Source: Balanoglossus misakiensis
Lineage: Eukaryota > Animalia > Hemichordata
Assembly (NCBI GenBank): GCA_040954595.2
Contig: CM082576.2
Coordinates: 2,764,760 to 2,828,759 of the forward strand
DNA length: 64,000 nucleotides
Direction of reading: 5' to 3'
Part shown: piece by piece, positions 37,848 to 51,500 of the stretch
How positions within the stretch are numbered: position 1 is the stretch's first letter
Layout of the letters: each line of letters opens with the position of its first letter
Translations under genes and position numbers: made by a program
The notes under the pieces: model-generated
The model's database searches: none
What the model saw: only the letters and a program-made list of their open reading frames with translations
What the model was told of the DNA's origin: nothing

Positions 37848-39719
37848 TCAGCGCATGTGCAAAGCACCCTTGTTGTTGACAGCAGAACGCCTTGACGAGG
37901 AACTATTGGATTTCTGAAAATAGGGACGGTACAGCGGCCTTTTTGTTTTCCGTTTGAAATGACAGGTTAAAATTCTCTGGAAGGATTTCCGAAAGTTGAC
38001 GTTGCAGAGTGCGTAACAGAAGGGATTCACTGTGCTGTTAATGTAGCAGAGCCAATAGGCAACGTTCCAGAGGGTTGTGTTGTTATAAATTGTCGGATAA
38101 AAGGCGCCAATGACCACAATTATGCTATACAGACTCCATGTCAGGATAAAAGCCAGCAGAATGGCGGTCAGTGTCCTGGCTGCTTTCTTTTCTCTCACGA
38201 GCTGCAATTTTTTCCTCTTGGCGACGTTTTCGCGCGCTTTGTGGGCCATCCTGTTGACGACCGAAATGGTGCTTATCGACGTTACCCGATTTGGCTGTCG
38301 TTTGGCGGGGCTGTCGGTGTCACTACACACACTGGAGAGAGAGCCTAGCCGAAGTCGCTTGTCCTGCGCTGCTGATACCGAGTTAACCCTACTCCCCGCA
38401 CCGTCGCAAAGGTAGACCGGCTGTACCAGGCTGGTTTCCGCCCTTCGTGGGGTCACGGGGTCGATTCCGGCGACTCTCCGATCGCCGCTCGTCGTCGGAA
38501 CATGACGGTGCTTGCCGTCGCTATCTTGCACCAATATGGTGGGCGTTTTGGGAGAATCCTCTATAAGTGTTATCTTAGCCTGAGACTCTTCTTCGGAAGA
38601 GCTGTCTTCGGTGTCTGGCAACTTTATGAGTATGGTGTACAGAGAGGCAGCGAAGGAATTTTCAGCCTTTTTAGTAGCGGATGAAGATTTGGAAATAAAG
38701 TCAGTGGACCCGTTTCGGTTTGGCCTCGGTGTGGACGTCGGAGATATCAAGTGGTGATTGTGCATGCGCAGTGAAGACGACGCGGAATGAATAGGCGAGG
38801 CGGGACCGTCGCTGCTATCCTCGCATTCGTATTCCCCGCCTAAATCACTAATTCTACAGCAACTACAGCACACAAATCGGCGAAACGACGAAGACGGACC
38901 GCTTTCCTCAAAGTCACAAGTCTCGTCTTCCTTGGGCGACTTTGTTAGGCTGTCGACTTCGTGAGGCTCAGCCTCTATCGACGGCTTGAGTTTCGATTTC
39001 TTCCGCTTCTGCTCGCAGCCGCCCTGCAGCTTTCCCAGGTCCCGCGACCGCTTCTCGGTTTCCCGCCAAATCCGATAGTACAAAACGCTCATGATGATCA
39101 CAGGAATATAAAAAGCTATACATATCGTGATGATTGTGATGGAAGCCTCGTCGTACAGAAATTGTATGTAGCACTGGTTTTCCGGTACGGTCCTCTCTCC
39201 GCGAATGAACGGCCAGCTGACGATAAAGGGCGGCCACAATACGATGGAAATTGCCCAAGCTGCGCAGATCATAAGTATTGCTTTCCTACCGGTTCTGCTG
39301 GTCCTGTAGGTCAAAGGTCTCGTAATGGAAAAGTATCTATCGAAACAGATGACGCAGAGGTTCATCACGGAGGCGTTGCACGCGCAGTAGTCGACGGACA
39401 ACCAGATATCGCAAATGACCGGTCCTAGAGTCCACTCTCCCTGCACAATGCTCACCGTGAACAGCGGCATCGATATCACGCCGATAATGATGTCGGCCGC
39501 CGCCAGACTCAGCAGGAAATAGTTGCTGACGGTCTGCAGGTTCTTGTCCATCTTGAACGACATCCAGACCATCACGTTGCCGCCGAACGTGATCAGAGCA
39601 AGCAACGCTCCGATGACGACGACGAAGACGGACGCTATCACTCCGAGTGGTTGTGATTCCGGCAAGGTGGTGTTGGTACCGTTTGAAAAGTTTCCCAAAC
39701 TTTGGTTGAAGTCTTCCAT
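37848..39719 (-). CDS. Muscarinic acetylcholine receptor (A-type/vertebrate M1-M5-like), intronless CDS, 623 aa
   Basis: LQTVSNYFLLSLAAADIIIGVISMPLF, WLSVDYCACNASVMNL (D3.32), FDRYFSITRPLTYR, QCYIQFL, AFYIPV, long Ser-rich ICL3, REKKAARTL, YWLCYINSTVNPFCYALCN, and N-terminal N-glycosylation sites. No specific CHRM paralogue can be assigned. Confidence 0.95.
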   Translation of the reverse strand: MEDFNQSLGNFSNGTNTTLPESQPLGVIASVFVVVIGALLALITFGGNVMVWMSFKMDKNLQTVSNYFLLSLAAADIIIGVISMPLFTVSIVQGEWTLGPVICDIWLSVDYCACNASVMNLCVICFDRYFSITRPLTYRTSRTGRKAILMICAAWAISIVLWPPFIVSWPFIRGERTVPENQCYIQFLYDEASITIITICIAFYIPVIIMSVLYYRIWRETEKRSRDLGKLQGGCEQKRKKSKLKPSIEAEPHEVDSLTKSPKEDETCDFEESGPSSSFRRFVCCSCCRISDLGGEYECEDSSDGPASPIHSASSSLRMHNHHLISPTSTPRPNRNGSTDFISKSSSATKKAENSFAASLYTILIKLPDTEDSSSEEESQAKITLIEDSPKTPTILVQDSDGKHRHVPTTSGDRRVAGIDPVTPRRAETSLVQPVYLCDGAGSRVNSVSAAQDKRLRLGSLSSVCSDTDSPAKRQPNRVTSISTISVVNRMAHKARENVAKRKKLQLVREKKAARTLTAILLAFILTWSLYSIIVVIGAFYPTIYNNTTLWNVAYWLCYINSTVNPFCYALCNVNFRKSFQRILTCHFKRKTKRPLYRPYFQKSNSSSSRRSAVNNKGALHMR

Positions 39720-39728
39720 TCTTGGCCC

Positions 39729-39760
39729 CTTGATAAAAAAGAAAAAACAGCAAAACTTTA
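39729..39760 (-). other. Probable 3' splice acceptor 9 nt upstream of the receptor ATG (5'UTR intron)
   Basis: Minus strand ttttgctgttttttcttttttatcaag|gggccaagaATG: long polypyrimidine tract plus AG. Confidence 0.45.
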
Positions 39761-42069
39761 AAATTCACCTCCAGAAGCAATTCAGCCCACGTGAGATTTT
39801 ATGAAAAACACCGACAACCTAAAACAAGACACGTACACCGTCATGTACGCGCACACATCACAGTATAAAGCGCGGGAACGATGCGAGAAGTCGAGGCAGG
39901 GTGATGACAACTCGGTATTTAAACTATACGAAGTTAATTTAATTTGTGGGCGGTATTAAAACACGTGACACACAAAAACACAACCAACCAACTAACAAAC
40001 AAGTAAGTAACAAAACAACACTCGGGAACCATCTCATTAAAAGCGGAACCCGATAAAAAAATCCCACTGCGTTTAGAACTTGGACAATTAAAAAGAACTT
40101 GGGTGGTACAGAAGTACTTTACATGTAGCGAAAAATATAATGGGGATTTGTTCTGAAAAGGTGGTGGACGTGGGGGGGGGGGGGGGGCGTTCAAGCGCGC
40201 CAGGCAACGAGAACAATAGAGATGTTCAACTGTTTTTACATGGTGATATTACAACCCCGCTGGAAAGAACGCAACAACGCCAACCGACATCGAAAGGAGC
40301 GACTGGCTAAGAATGTTGCCTATTAGGGGATATTTGGGCTATTTACCAAACTTCATCGCGCTCATAAACCCGATTTCATCACAACAATGGGGCTAATTAT
40401 AAAAAGGTCTGTGTCTATTTGGGGTCTATTTAACAACTGTCCAAGGTCGATGCTGAACGCCGTAATGCCATGCAGGAAGCTATCGGTCTGCGATGAAGTT
40501 ATTGAACATTTAAAAAGTAAATTGGCCGAGCTGTGAACGACGCATACATCATGTCAGCAGTGACGTGTGACGCTGCGATTGTCAAGCACCTCGTGGTTAA
40601 TGAGATAACCGGCACAAAAACAACTTTACACTTATTAATGCGGGGACCTCTTGCCATACGAAATGTGTTAGCCCGATGGGTCAATTAATCACCGCAGCCT
40701 ACGCGATACTTTACATTCCATTTTACAGTAATATTGAGGCCTGAAATAATATCGCGTGGCAGCTTGACGCAATGGATGTATTTAACCTGTGTACTTAAAT
40801 TGGAGAAAATATGATGAGCCGAATAAGCCTTGTCGAGGAAGACGTCCTGTAAAATTGATATGGATGTCGGGGTTACGAATGCAATATGTTGCGTGGATGG
40901 TATACGCCGGTAATGCGGCGAGATTGTGTTTGCCAGCAATAACATATGGACGCTAGTCCCTTCAATACGTTCAGTGCTCATTTCAATTAATAGTGCAGAG
41001 CCCTGCAAAGGATGGATTTGGAGGGGGGGGGGGGTTACTGAGATATTCAAAGTCGAACGTATAGACGCTAGGTCATCAATCGCCTCCAGCCCGAAGAAAA
41101 CGTCCACTATATGTCTGTTCTGATACAGAAAGTAACGGTATATTAATATTGTCATGGTCATTCATCATCGCCGAAGCAGTGTAATTGCTACCATAAGTTA
41201 CGTTGTTAGCCGTTTCAATAAAACTGGAAGAATTACAGTATCACCCGACCTGTTACACGGACTTTCATTCGCTGCAAGATAATACCAAGCAAGCCCTCCC
41301 CATTCATATGCTATAGTGCACGTCACTCACTCGCAGGAATACTATTAATGTAACGTGGTGTGTTTTTTCTCTATTGATGATACATACTCCCGAGAATGTT
41401 ACCATTTCATGTGTAGGTGTTGAGCGATGAAGTCCACGAGGGAAATCGCGCGTGTTGAGCCAGAGTTATCATTTGATAGCGATCTCCAAATATCAAATTT
41501 AATATCTTGGATATCTCGCCCTTTTTATATCGCCGCTTATTTAGCTCCCGGGGGATGTGTAAATGCTCTTCGTGACACCAATATGGCCGATGATGTTACT
41601 CACAGACGTTTCGTCAATGTCGGCGACATGGTTTTGCTTTCAGGGTTAGAAAATTAGTCACTCTTTTCCCTCCCGATTTTCGAGCTGTTTATAGGCTGCA
41701 ATACAATGCCGTGCGAGGCATATAATAACCGTCCGTGGGAGTAGAACAGCGCAAGGTGCGACTTGTTCCTTTTTAAATTCTGGTGCTTTTAACAAAATAT
41801 CTCAAATAGGCTACCTGTGTGTGTGTGCGACTGACAAAAGATTAGTGAAATCAATAAGGGGAACAGCTCACCGGGTATTGAATTAAGTACACGACAAACG
41901 AGGACCAAATAATGTATTGTGAAAGACCGCTTGTCGATATTCAACGCCCGCGATTAACCTATCGGTATTCTGAGGGCAAGCGGGGATTTAGCGATATTGT
42001 TTGCCAACTTCGATTTTCGTTGATCGCTCGTCGCTGGCAAGATCAATGTCTTCCAGGTCGTGTCTATGC

Positions 42070-42580
42070 AGTTCACGTTCCCTACCCGGGCTTTTGTTGG
42101 CGGGGTGGATGGTTCGTGGCGAGTTTAAAATGCGATACGTAGGCTAGGGGATGCCGACGCCGGCAGAATATGCAGGACCCCGAACAAAAAAAGACGTGTG
42201 TCAACAGACGTGCCGGTACACAAGGAGACAATGCTTTTTGCGGAGTATTATAGAAGCGGAGGCAGGTATGCGGACAAGTGGTGCGCGACTCTGGGCGCGA
42301 CCCCGACCCCGAGCCCAACACCGACGCGAACTCTTGAAAATGAAGGCATTTTAGAGACGAGTGAAACCAAAGCTGTTTTCAGTGTCAACTCATCATTCCC
42401 ACCGGTGCTCAAAAATGTAGTTGAATTCGCGCCTTTTACCCTTCGCACAGTACTTTATAAACCCAGTACTTTTCACCACAAGCAGCGCAGAGTTTAGGCC
42501 TACCGCACTGTTTTTTTTTCCGATTTCACGCCAGCGAGCAAGCCCTCCCCCCAAACAGTTGTCCCTGGCTGACCTACGAT
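42070..42580. mobile_element. Possible degraded non-autonomous DNA-transposon-derived repeat
   Basis: GC-rich block with a G-tract near the left end (cccgggcttttgttggcggggtgg) and a C-tract near the right end (ctccccccaaac..ccctggct), loosely complementary. TIRs are too decayed to verify. Confidence 0.25.
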
Positions 42581-45500
42581 AATATTAATCCGTGTTTCAG
42601 TATTGTCAAACATATCTATCTTCGACAAAGAGGGTGGGATGGACAGGTTTTTGGTGACTTCAAGGGGGCGACCGCTCATATATCAACCGAAATCCTGACA
42701 GAGAATTGTAAAGCTTACACCGAATTGGCTGGACGGTCGGTCGGTCGGTCATCTGCGCAAAGGCTCACAGTGCGCGTGTCCACAAATTATGGTGTATTCG
42801 CTATTAAGTTGTTCATCACATTCGATGCTTTGTGGGCAATACTACCCAACTCGTCACGTTACTTTAGGAACAGTCACTGGCGACCATAAAAAACGAGACA
42901 TGCAGGACCTTGGAGCCGATGGCGTGTTTTAAGTACGTATTGTTGGAATAGAATACAAATGGCTTTAGCTTAACTGAGGGGAAAATAAATCTACCGCATA
43001 ACGTGGCGCTGGATGTACATGTACCCTAATGGCTGGCTAGTTCGTTCACTCACTGCGCTATAAATCGACATTGTGGATTTTTACCCGAAAAATACTTAAA
43101 GTTAATCGCCGTGTTTTACGGCGGGTTAAGGTGGGTTAGTCGAACCGCGCAATGTCATTTCAATTATAGTTCAGATGATGTCTGTCGGTTTCCCGGGTCG
43201 TATAGCCGTCAACACCGGTGACGGGATTTTATAACGTGTTTGGCGAAAATTTAAATCTCGTCAAATCGCTATGCTGATTATATACAACGGGTTGCTGCGG
43301 CAATGAACGTCGACCGCAAAATGTCACATTATTTATAGCTGCCAATATGGCCCAGAAAAAGAGGGACGAGCGCCGAAGTGGCAACGGCGGCTAAAATCGT
43401 TGACAAATCGATCTTCAAGCCCGGCTTCCAGCGAGACCACCTCGGCTAATCCAAGAGCCCCGATCGCCAGCTATTAATCCTGGCACAACCTGCTTCATGC
43501 AGTCACAATGTGATTCTCGCGTTTTTTAGTCACTCACCTTCGTTAACGCGTCGTCGTCTCCCAGGCACCTTTTAATTCCGACGCGACTGATCCCGAAGGC
43601 GACGACAACCGCGGCACCACGCACACATTTCGGAATATTTCCACTCGGCGAGAGAGCGTAGCGCCGACCACTCCATGTTACGCTATTTCTGGCATTAGTA
43701 TGCTCTGACGCGAGGTTGACTATTAAAGACACCAAGTTGTACTGCGCAGACTCAGTCTGATCTTCACTTTGCCAGTGTTGTTTTGTAAATCGATAATTAC
43801 GGCGTTTTCAAGCACGCCCCCTTTAACTAGAGGATATCGGCAGGGCAAGACAGGTTCCGCTTACATATCACTCAACTCGCTGGACATTTTCGGAGGTCTA
43901 AAAATCTAGTGAATTTAGGTGACTTCGAATTTGTCGATCAGCCTGTGCGCCCTGCCTAGCAAAGTTGACGGCAAAAATCACATACCATAAATATAGCAAT
44001 TGAGTTGTCTAGTACAAATATTGCCTAAATCCCGACGACTCGAGATAACTATCGTTGGTATCGTAATTTGGCGCCAAAGTTACAGGCGATAGAATCGTTA
44101 CTCCACGCCCCGACGTACTTATTATAATTACCGAATGTTGACAAATACTTAACGCGGATTGAGATGATGGCACAGATGTGTGCGTTGTGCAATTCGACTC
44201 GTGAAAAGAATTAGAAAAAAATGGGACCACAAAAAGGCCACAGAAATTGATATGTACACAAACAAGCGCGACATTAATGGGTGGAATTACGCCATACCGC
44301 GTCTTTCAGGCACGCCACATTGATTAGTATAATAGGAAGCGAATGATACAAGTAAATAAGTAAAATAAACATTACGCGACCAAAATGTGTTTGTTCTGCA
44401 TGGCGGAATTTTTATCGCGGTAAAACGACATGCGACCATCTGAAACCCAATACGAAATTTATCGATTCCACGGGTTACCAACGTTCAATAGGCGACAATC
44501 GATTCGCCAAAAAAACAATACAAAACAAAAAAACGCGTGGAAAAAAATCGCTTTCATCGGATTGTCGGAGGGATTTGGAATGAAGTGGACGAATTTAATC
44601 GGGTGAATTTATTTTACCCCAATACTAAGTCAGACACGGTCAACACTGGGAAGTGCCTCGATTAGGATAGGAAGGAAACACAGGTGTCCCATGTCCATTT
44701 TGCCGCGAGGACCTGTCAATCATTTTGCAGCGTTCTACTTTTTTGTACGGCGTGACGACCTTATTACTAATGATTGCACAACCCATGTCTCTGGTACTGC
44801 GCACTCTACATTGTACGTACAAGCGATTTTGCAGAGTAAAAGTACTCGACACACAGTGAATCTGTGCGCGGTTACCCACACCAGCAATATTAGCGACTGT
44901 GCACGAGCGATTATTTTAAGCAGTAAGAACAAACGCATTATTCTGGTTTTAAGCACTACCCTATATTCTCTGGTTAATCTCTAGATAATGAAATGCGAGG
45001 TGTAGTTAGTTGACAAGCTTAGGGTTGCCTGGGCTACAGAAGTTGACACTGCATTTCTCAGATCATTTTTCTGTAACAGTCTAATTGGTTTGCTCGGAAC
45101 TGTCTTTTACCAACGTGGATATTTTCGCCACATTAACAGAATATGCACAGGAGTTTGTAAAATTGTAAGATTCAGAAATCCAGTTATTCTCCGATTCTGA
45201 CTGAAGAGTTTCAATTTTAGTAGAGGATGTGACAGTGAGGCGACGAGAATGCCCTTCCCATATATGTTACACTGATTCGTCCGAAGGGATATATTTAGGA
45301 AACAACTTCGATGGAAATCGATATCGGTTGACGCATCAGTTTGAACCGACAGTCGACGGGCACCATCGGTGTCAATAGTGACCTCGACCGTTTGGGGTCA
45401 CTCTGAGTCGGTCGGAAGCTCGTTTGCGGTACAATGCGAGTCACGACGCGTATCGCGTCGCGGTTTCTTTCACTATTAATAAAATCCGATACACTGACCT

Positions 45501-48500
45501 TACATATATTTGACAGATGCCATAATTTTTACTTCCAATAAACCCCGAACCCTCTCATGTAATTGTATCATTAATATTTCATATTGCCTTGTGTGGCAAG
45601 TGGACCATGCCGAGAACAGCGCCCCCTTGCGACAAATTAAATGGCAAGTCTCGACCATAATAGTGAATCACCAGCCGTCACGACCGTGACAATATATATC
45701 AATGAGCTCGTGAACGTAGTCCTCCACACATGAACTATTTCCCCCCTTAGTATTATTTCTTTGGATGTCAACGATAATAAGCACTGTTCCATTGTCGGCA
45801 ATCAAAAAAATAAATAATTAAGATAGGTATGTCTAAAGGAATTATAAAATCAACGCAAGTTATCGTGATGTGAGAGACGCGACTTATAACTGCATAAAGC
45901 ATCGGTATATGATCTGTAGTTAATGCTTTCCGTATGCGACTATATAAAAAGCGCCGAAGGACATAGCCATAATTCCAAACACCCAGTAAAACGGAACACG
46001 TCATAGACTAGCAACTCTCCGACAGAGGCACAAACAATTCACAGTAGAGACTTTTACTTTTTTTTATTAGAAAGCGAACATTCGGTCGAAAATAAAGACT
46101 TCAATCCATCATCTTCCCGATTCAAAATGCCCAGAAACCACGAAACAATGCATCTCTAAAGTGATTTGCATACACGTGACGTCATACAGTATCCCGCAGG
46201 TGCTGGAGTGTGTGTGTCATATGCGAACCAAGCTTTAATATCGCAACTTCAGGAGACAGTTGCTCCGCACTGAAAACAACAACAACATTTTCTTCTACAT
46301 GACCCATTTAGCAATGTCAGTTGAATAAGTTTGGGAAGGCGACTGCGCTGATTGTCCTAAAAACACTGGCACTGGCCAATTTGAAATGCCTTGGATTCTC
46401 CATGGCGTTAGTAAGTCCAAGACAGTAAAACTGCAAGTAAGTGAACTTAACTTGACCCCCATGACCCCACAACAGCGTGATATAAATGCATCCATGCCGT
46501 AACGCACGCGTCCGTGTCGCAGCGAGCGCGAATGAATAATGACGACCGACTGAGCCTAATTTGAACAGACGATCTCGTCCGATTCCATTGCTGTTAGAAC
46601 AGTTATCAGCCACGGGACAGTCCGGAATGTGGCAGATAGTAAAAGAAGAAAAATGATTTAGACTCGCGATGACTAGGGTGTATCTATATATATTAAATCC
46701 TGGGAGCAGCTGGGGTGTCATATCAGGAAGGGAAAATAATGCTTTGGCTTTTTTTTGACATCAATCATTTATTCTCAAAATGCCAGCGCTTGCTGTATGC
46801 CATATACAAGAAACACGGTGTTAAGCTTGCCCATACCGTTGCATTTCAGGAGGGGGGGGGGCTGTCTTTGTGAGGAATATATCCCCAGTGATGGCAGTGG
46901 CATAACGCTAATTGTATTTTTTTTAAAGTGCCTCAGGCTAGTTCCCGGGCGTCTTATCAAAGAGGTGTGGTGCCCCCCCCCCCCCGCACGTACTTTCAAA
47001 GCCGCTCAGTGGAAATTAAACGGAGAAAGGTCCGCACCGAGATCGACTGTCTGAACGACCTAATTCGGCGACGCAACTCGATTTTAAAATGATTATAGTT
47101 TTCTTGTGACTGGTTCCATAAAAGCTTCGATTACTGAGCAATATCCACCGGATGAGATTACTTAATGATTGGCAGATGAAATCGTTGCAAGAGAGAATTG
47201 GGTCAAGTGTGCGCGGAATGTGCTGATTGATTTTCTGGTAGTGTTTACTTTTTTCCGTGTTAAAATCCTGCGGAGGTGAGTAGGAAGCGAAAGATTGCAC
47301 CAATATGCCTAATATTAGAGAGACTGTTGAATGAAACGAACCCACTTTCATTCACCGCGTGGCTAACTGTACTTTGCGACCGTGTTCAGCGCCAGAGAAA
47401 TTTCATTCGAGCAGAAACTTCATTATCTATAGTAACTGTATCCTAATGAAGTTGAAAAACCCGACAAGTAAAATAATCGCACATTCATATACTTCAAACG
47501 CAACTTTTGCGCCCGGTTTGCAAGTGAATTTGACGTTAAATTGCAGAGATTATACAAATAACCTTAGAAATATAAACGTTAAACCATCTTTTGGGAGTAT
47601 CTCAATCAAAGTACATGTATAACCAAAGCCACTTGAAAAATGTCTTTCGTTGAATGTATATAAAGAACATACGCACATGACAAAAAAACTTAAGGCCACA
47701 GCAGCTGTTCGCCGAAGTGGCGCCAAATCGGAGTTTAACTTTTTGAAAAACTAATTTCCAATAATTGGTTGCCGACTCCGAGCTTCGGAGAGGAAACTGT
47801 ACACCAGCATAGGCTGCATACCGATATTTTATTAGTGGCGATCGGGTATGTTAATATTGCTTCGGATTGTCCACTTTAGAGCAGGGTACAACTCCCCGCT
47901 GTTCGCTGTCAGTTCATTCGAAACTAAGTATAAAACATAGGAATGGCACACGGAGCGTTGTTGGGCAGTCCTTGTAATGAAAAGTGGCAGGTCACACTTG
48001 TGCGCCGTAAAATCTCTGCAGAAATCACTCACCAGGAGTATTCAGGGCGGAAAAGGGAATTCCTCTTAAATTGATGTATTTTGCCCTTTACTCATCGCAC
48101 TTTCCTAGTGGTACCACAGATCATACTTTACTCTGAAGTACAAGGTTAAGGATAAGGCTAGACAGTGAATTTGTTGTTACTTCATGGAAAAGTCACTGGG
48201 TAGAGGGGCCGGCGTCTTAAGACATATATTATATTGATTGTCATAAAGATAGGAGTAAAGTTAGACGTTACTTACTGAAAAAAATGCAAAAAGATTCACA
48301 ACTATTTGAACTGAAAGTACGCCTGCAGGAACGTGGTGATAAAACGTTTGTCTCGCAGACATCGTGTGACTGACAGAAGAAGCACGCAAAGCGATATCTG
48401 ATACTACGATTTCAATTTCAAGCCCACGGGGGACCCCGATAACTTCGCGACCTTGCACGTTCCTCGGGTAAACTTGAACCTGTCTTCCAATTAGAAAGAT

Positions 48501-51500
48501 CTCTTGACAGTCACAGCGACTGATGGTCAACCGTGTTGATGGACGCCCACAGTCGCATGACCTGGTCATGAGTGATACGTTTTGTGTGCGCATGTGTGTG
48601 TGCGGCTGGGGTGATGGCACGTGCGCCGACTTCGGTTGACTTTGACACTGATATCGACTAGAATGTTAAAGTGCCGCTTGGTCGTCGCGTGGAAAGCCTG
48701 TCATCTACAAACTTGATGAGGGTCTGTTTTAGCCGCTTGAATGTTAATTATGCTTTATGGAATTGATACATGTACATGTAGCAGTAATTGTGAAGTAAGC
48801 TTAAAACTCTTGAAGATAGTCGCCCTAACTGAATTCAGCAGTACAATGTAAAATTAGATTTCGTATTGAACACACGTGTACATGTAAAATGACCATCAAT
48901 AGAGCAGAACTCGAAAAAAGCAGTAATCTTACTCATCTACTACACTTCTTGTATCCGGAAGAAAGACGTTGGGGGAATAGTCTGCTGACGCCAGTGGTCG
49001 ACGGCTTTGATGAACTCAATATGTAACAAGGTCTGATCTCAGATCAGTAACTAGTTGCGCTCTTCTGACGCCTTCAGTCGTGGAACAGCGGGAGACTTTG
49101 TCAAGGGAGCAACGTCTTGAGAGCATGTCCCGCCCGAAGATACACTATAGCTTTCCCTAAAGGGGTGGGAAACAAGTGCCAACTTTAACTGCGTGCTTCT
49201 TGGACAAGGGAAGACATCGATTGGTCGTGATTGCATAGAGACCACAGCGAGACTACAAATAAACACGGACTTACAAAGAAAAGGGTTTAATAGCGACGCA
49301 AGCAAAAGGAATAAAGATGCAAAATATAAATGGACGCAATAAAACGGCGTCAATTCAAAGGTTGTGCGTCCGTCAGGTGCTCGTTTCACGGTTGACACCT
49401 CGTAAAAAGCGTTGTGACTCAATGATGAGGCCGTGTCCACCAATGGTGACCGTTGAACTTGCGGTCCCAGGTGACCTCGGTGACCTTTGTCGCGTTATTC
49501 CCCGCGATCCCTGGTGGTGTCCCATGTTCTTGACATGCCAAACGGGCGAAGGTTTACGCCAGGGAAAAGGGCGACCTCGATCCTGTCGCTACAAAAGCTA
49601 TATTATGGATCGCCAGGCGAAGGACGACCCAGTTCAGTAACCCGGCGGACACATGTGATGCCGGACAAAACCTGTTGCGATGGAAATAGATGCCAAGCGA
49701 CCCTCAATCCCAAGAAATGCTCATCCCACATCACTTACAAGTGCTCAAAAACACTGGAGTGTAGTCACGTGTCACAACCGGGAATTCGAAAGGAATGTTA
49801 ATTAATTTAAATGCCTTGACCACGATGTGTTTTTGTTTTGCATCCCCTTCTTTGAAATCCTACAAGTAATGATTTTGTTTGTGTATTGGGCTGACCGTGA
49901 AATCTTTGAATTATTTTCGCGTGGGACCAATTCACCTTTGCGTCGTTCCTCCTTGCTTGGTCCATTAAAGTCTGCCTTAATTAAAATCCTGATTTAATGG
50001 CGTTTCATGGTCAATATTGTTGCCTCTTAATCCAAACCAAACCAAAACCAATGACGAATCAAATGTTTGTTTACACTCGAGGCCGTGCCCGGGGATCGCT
50101 TGCAAGATAGTTGCCGGTCGCAACCGAAGAACAGCGCTCGCGGGTATATAAATAACCTGCGAGCTACATGTACATGTAACTTTTCCATCAGAATCAATTT
50201 CAGAAAGGCTCGATCATTGATGATATCCGTCACCAGGGCAAAACCACGCGCCCGACACACATGCGCAATGCGGACGGATGACGCAGATGACGATGAGATA
50301 GAATTGGGGGAAATTTCGCTGTTAAGTTACACCACCTGGTCATTCGTTGATAATAATTGCAAGAAAAAAAGTACAGTTCGGCGCCATGAAAAACCATTCA
50401 TCATTCTGATCCCTTCTTTGACAGCTTGATCCTTGACATAAAGGAAAAGTTGACACCGTCGCATTTTATAGCGTGCTCACTATTCTTTTTATCGTGACGC
50501 AATCGCTGCCAGCATTATGGCAATCAATCTTAACAATTGGCAGAAATAACAAATTGCACTTTTATGCATTCACGTCATTTAGTTGACGTCGTACAAATTT
50601 CTGCGATTCAATGTTTATCTGACATTTGGTATTTTTTTTACCTTTCATAGTAAATGATTAGTCGGGCTCTCATAACACTGTGTTGAATCCGTATTTAGCT
50701 GCAGACAGAACCCATCTTGCCAACTAACGGGCCGCGTGACACCCTGGTATGTGATTTAAGATATTACTGCCTGGGGTTCTGAATGGAAGTGTTTTGCCTC
50801 TGGGATACACTCTGAGACGACAAGTCACATTCTACACCGTGTTACCACCACACATTTCCCTCAGTGTGCAGTTACCTGGGCGTTGCGGTGAATGAGAAAG
50901 CATCCTATCTCGCGAGAGTACAATTTGACGCCGCAGTGAAATTGCAATATATCATACAAGTATAGGGGTGACGAAGCCATGTTTCTTGTGCCCATTTCTT
51001 GGAACGACTTGGAAATTTGCAATTTCTCGTCCCGATTCAAGTCGATTATCGACGTAAATTTTGTAGAGAAATGGAACTCACGATAATGGAGTTTCCGTAA
51101 TGCCATCACAACAGTACACCGGAGTATGATGACCTCGAAAATGGACGCTAATCCCTTAGAGTGGTTAAGTCGTGACGTCGGTTTGCTATACTCCGACAAA
51201 AATAAAAACTAATACCGGGAAAAATATAATGTCTTCAGTGAAAAATATTCTTGCACTCTAGTGAAAGTGAACATTAATTTTGCTATTGTCAGAATCATAT
51301 AAAGGGGCAGTACAAGAGGCTTCAACATTGGATAATATTGCTCTTTGTTCTGTTATGTGTATCGACTACCGCAGACCCCGCTGTTTTAAGGGTCGCTGGG
51401 AAAGTCCAGGTGTTCAGCTTGTCGAAAACGTTTGCATGTGCGAAGCATACATTGGTATTATTGGTTTCCTGGTATTATTGGTAGCCTAGTCCGGACTAGA

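Noticed and set aside
38110-39804. Several 60-155 aa ORFs overlapping the muscarinic receptor
   Set aside because: Antisense or alternate-frame shadows of a GC-rich CDS, with no recognisable domains.
50690-50730. miR-31-like seed (GGCAAGAT) on minus strand
   Set aside because: The remainder does not match the mature miRNA and no hairpin is evident.
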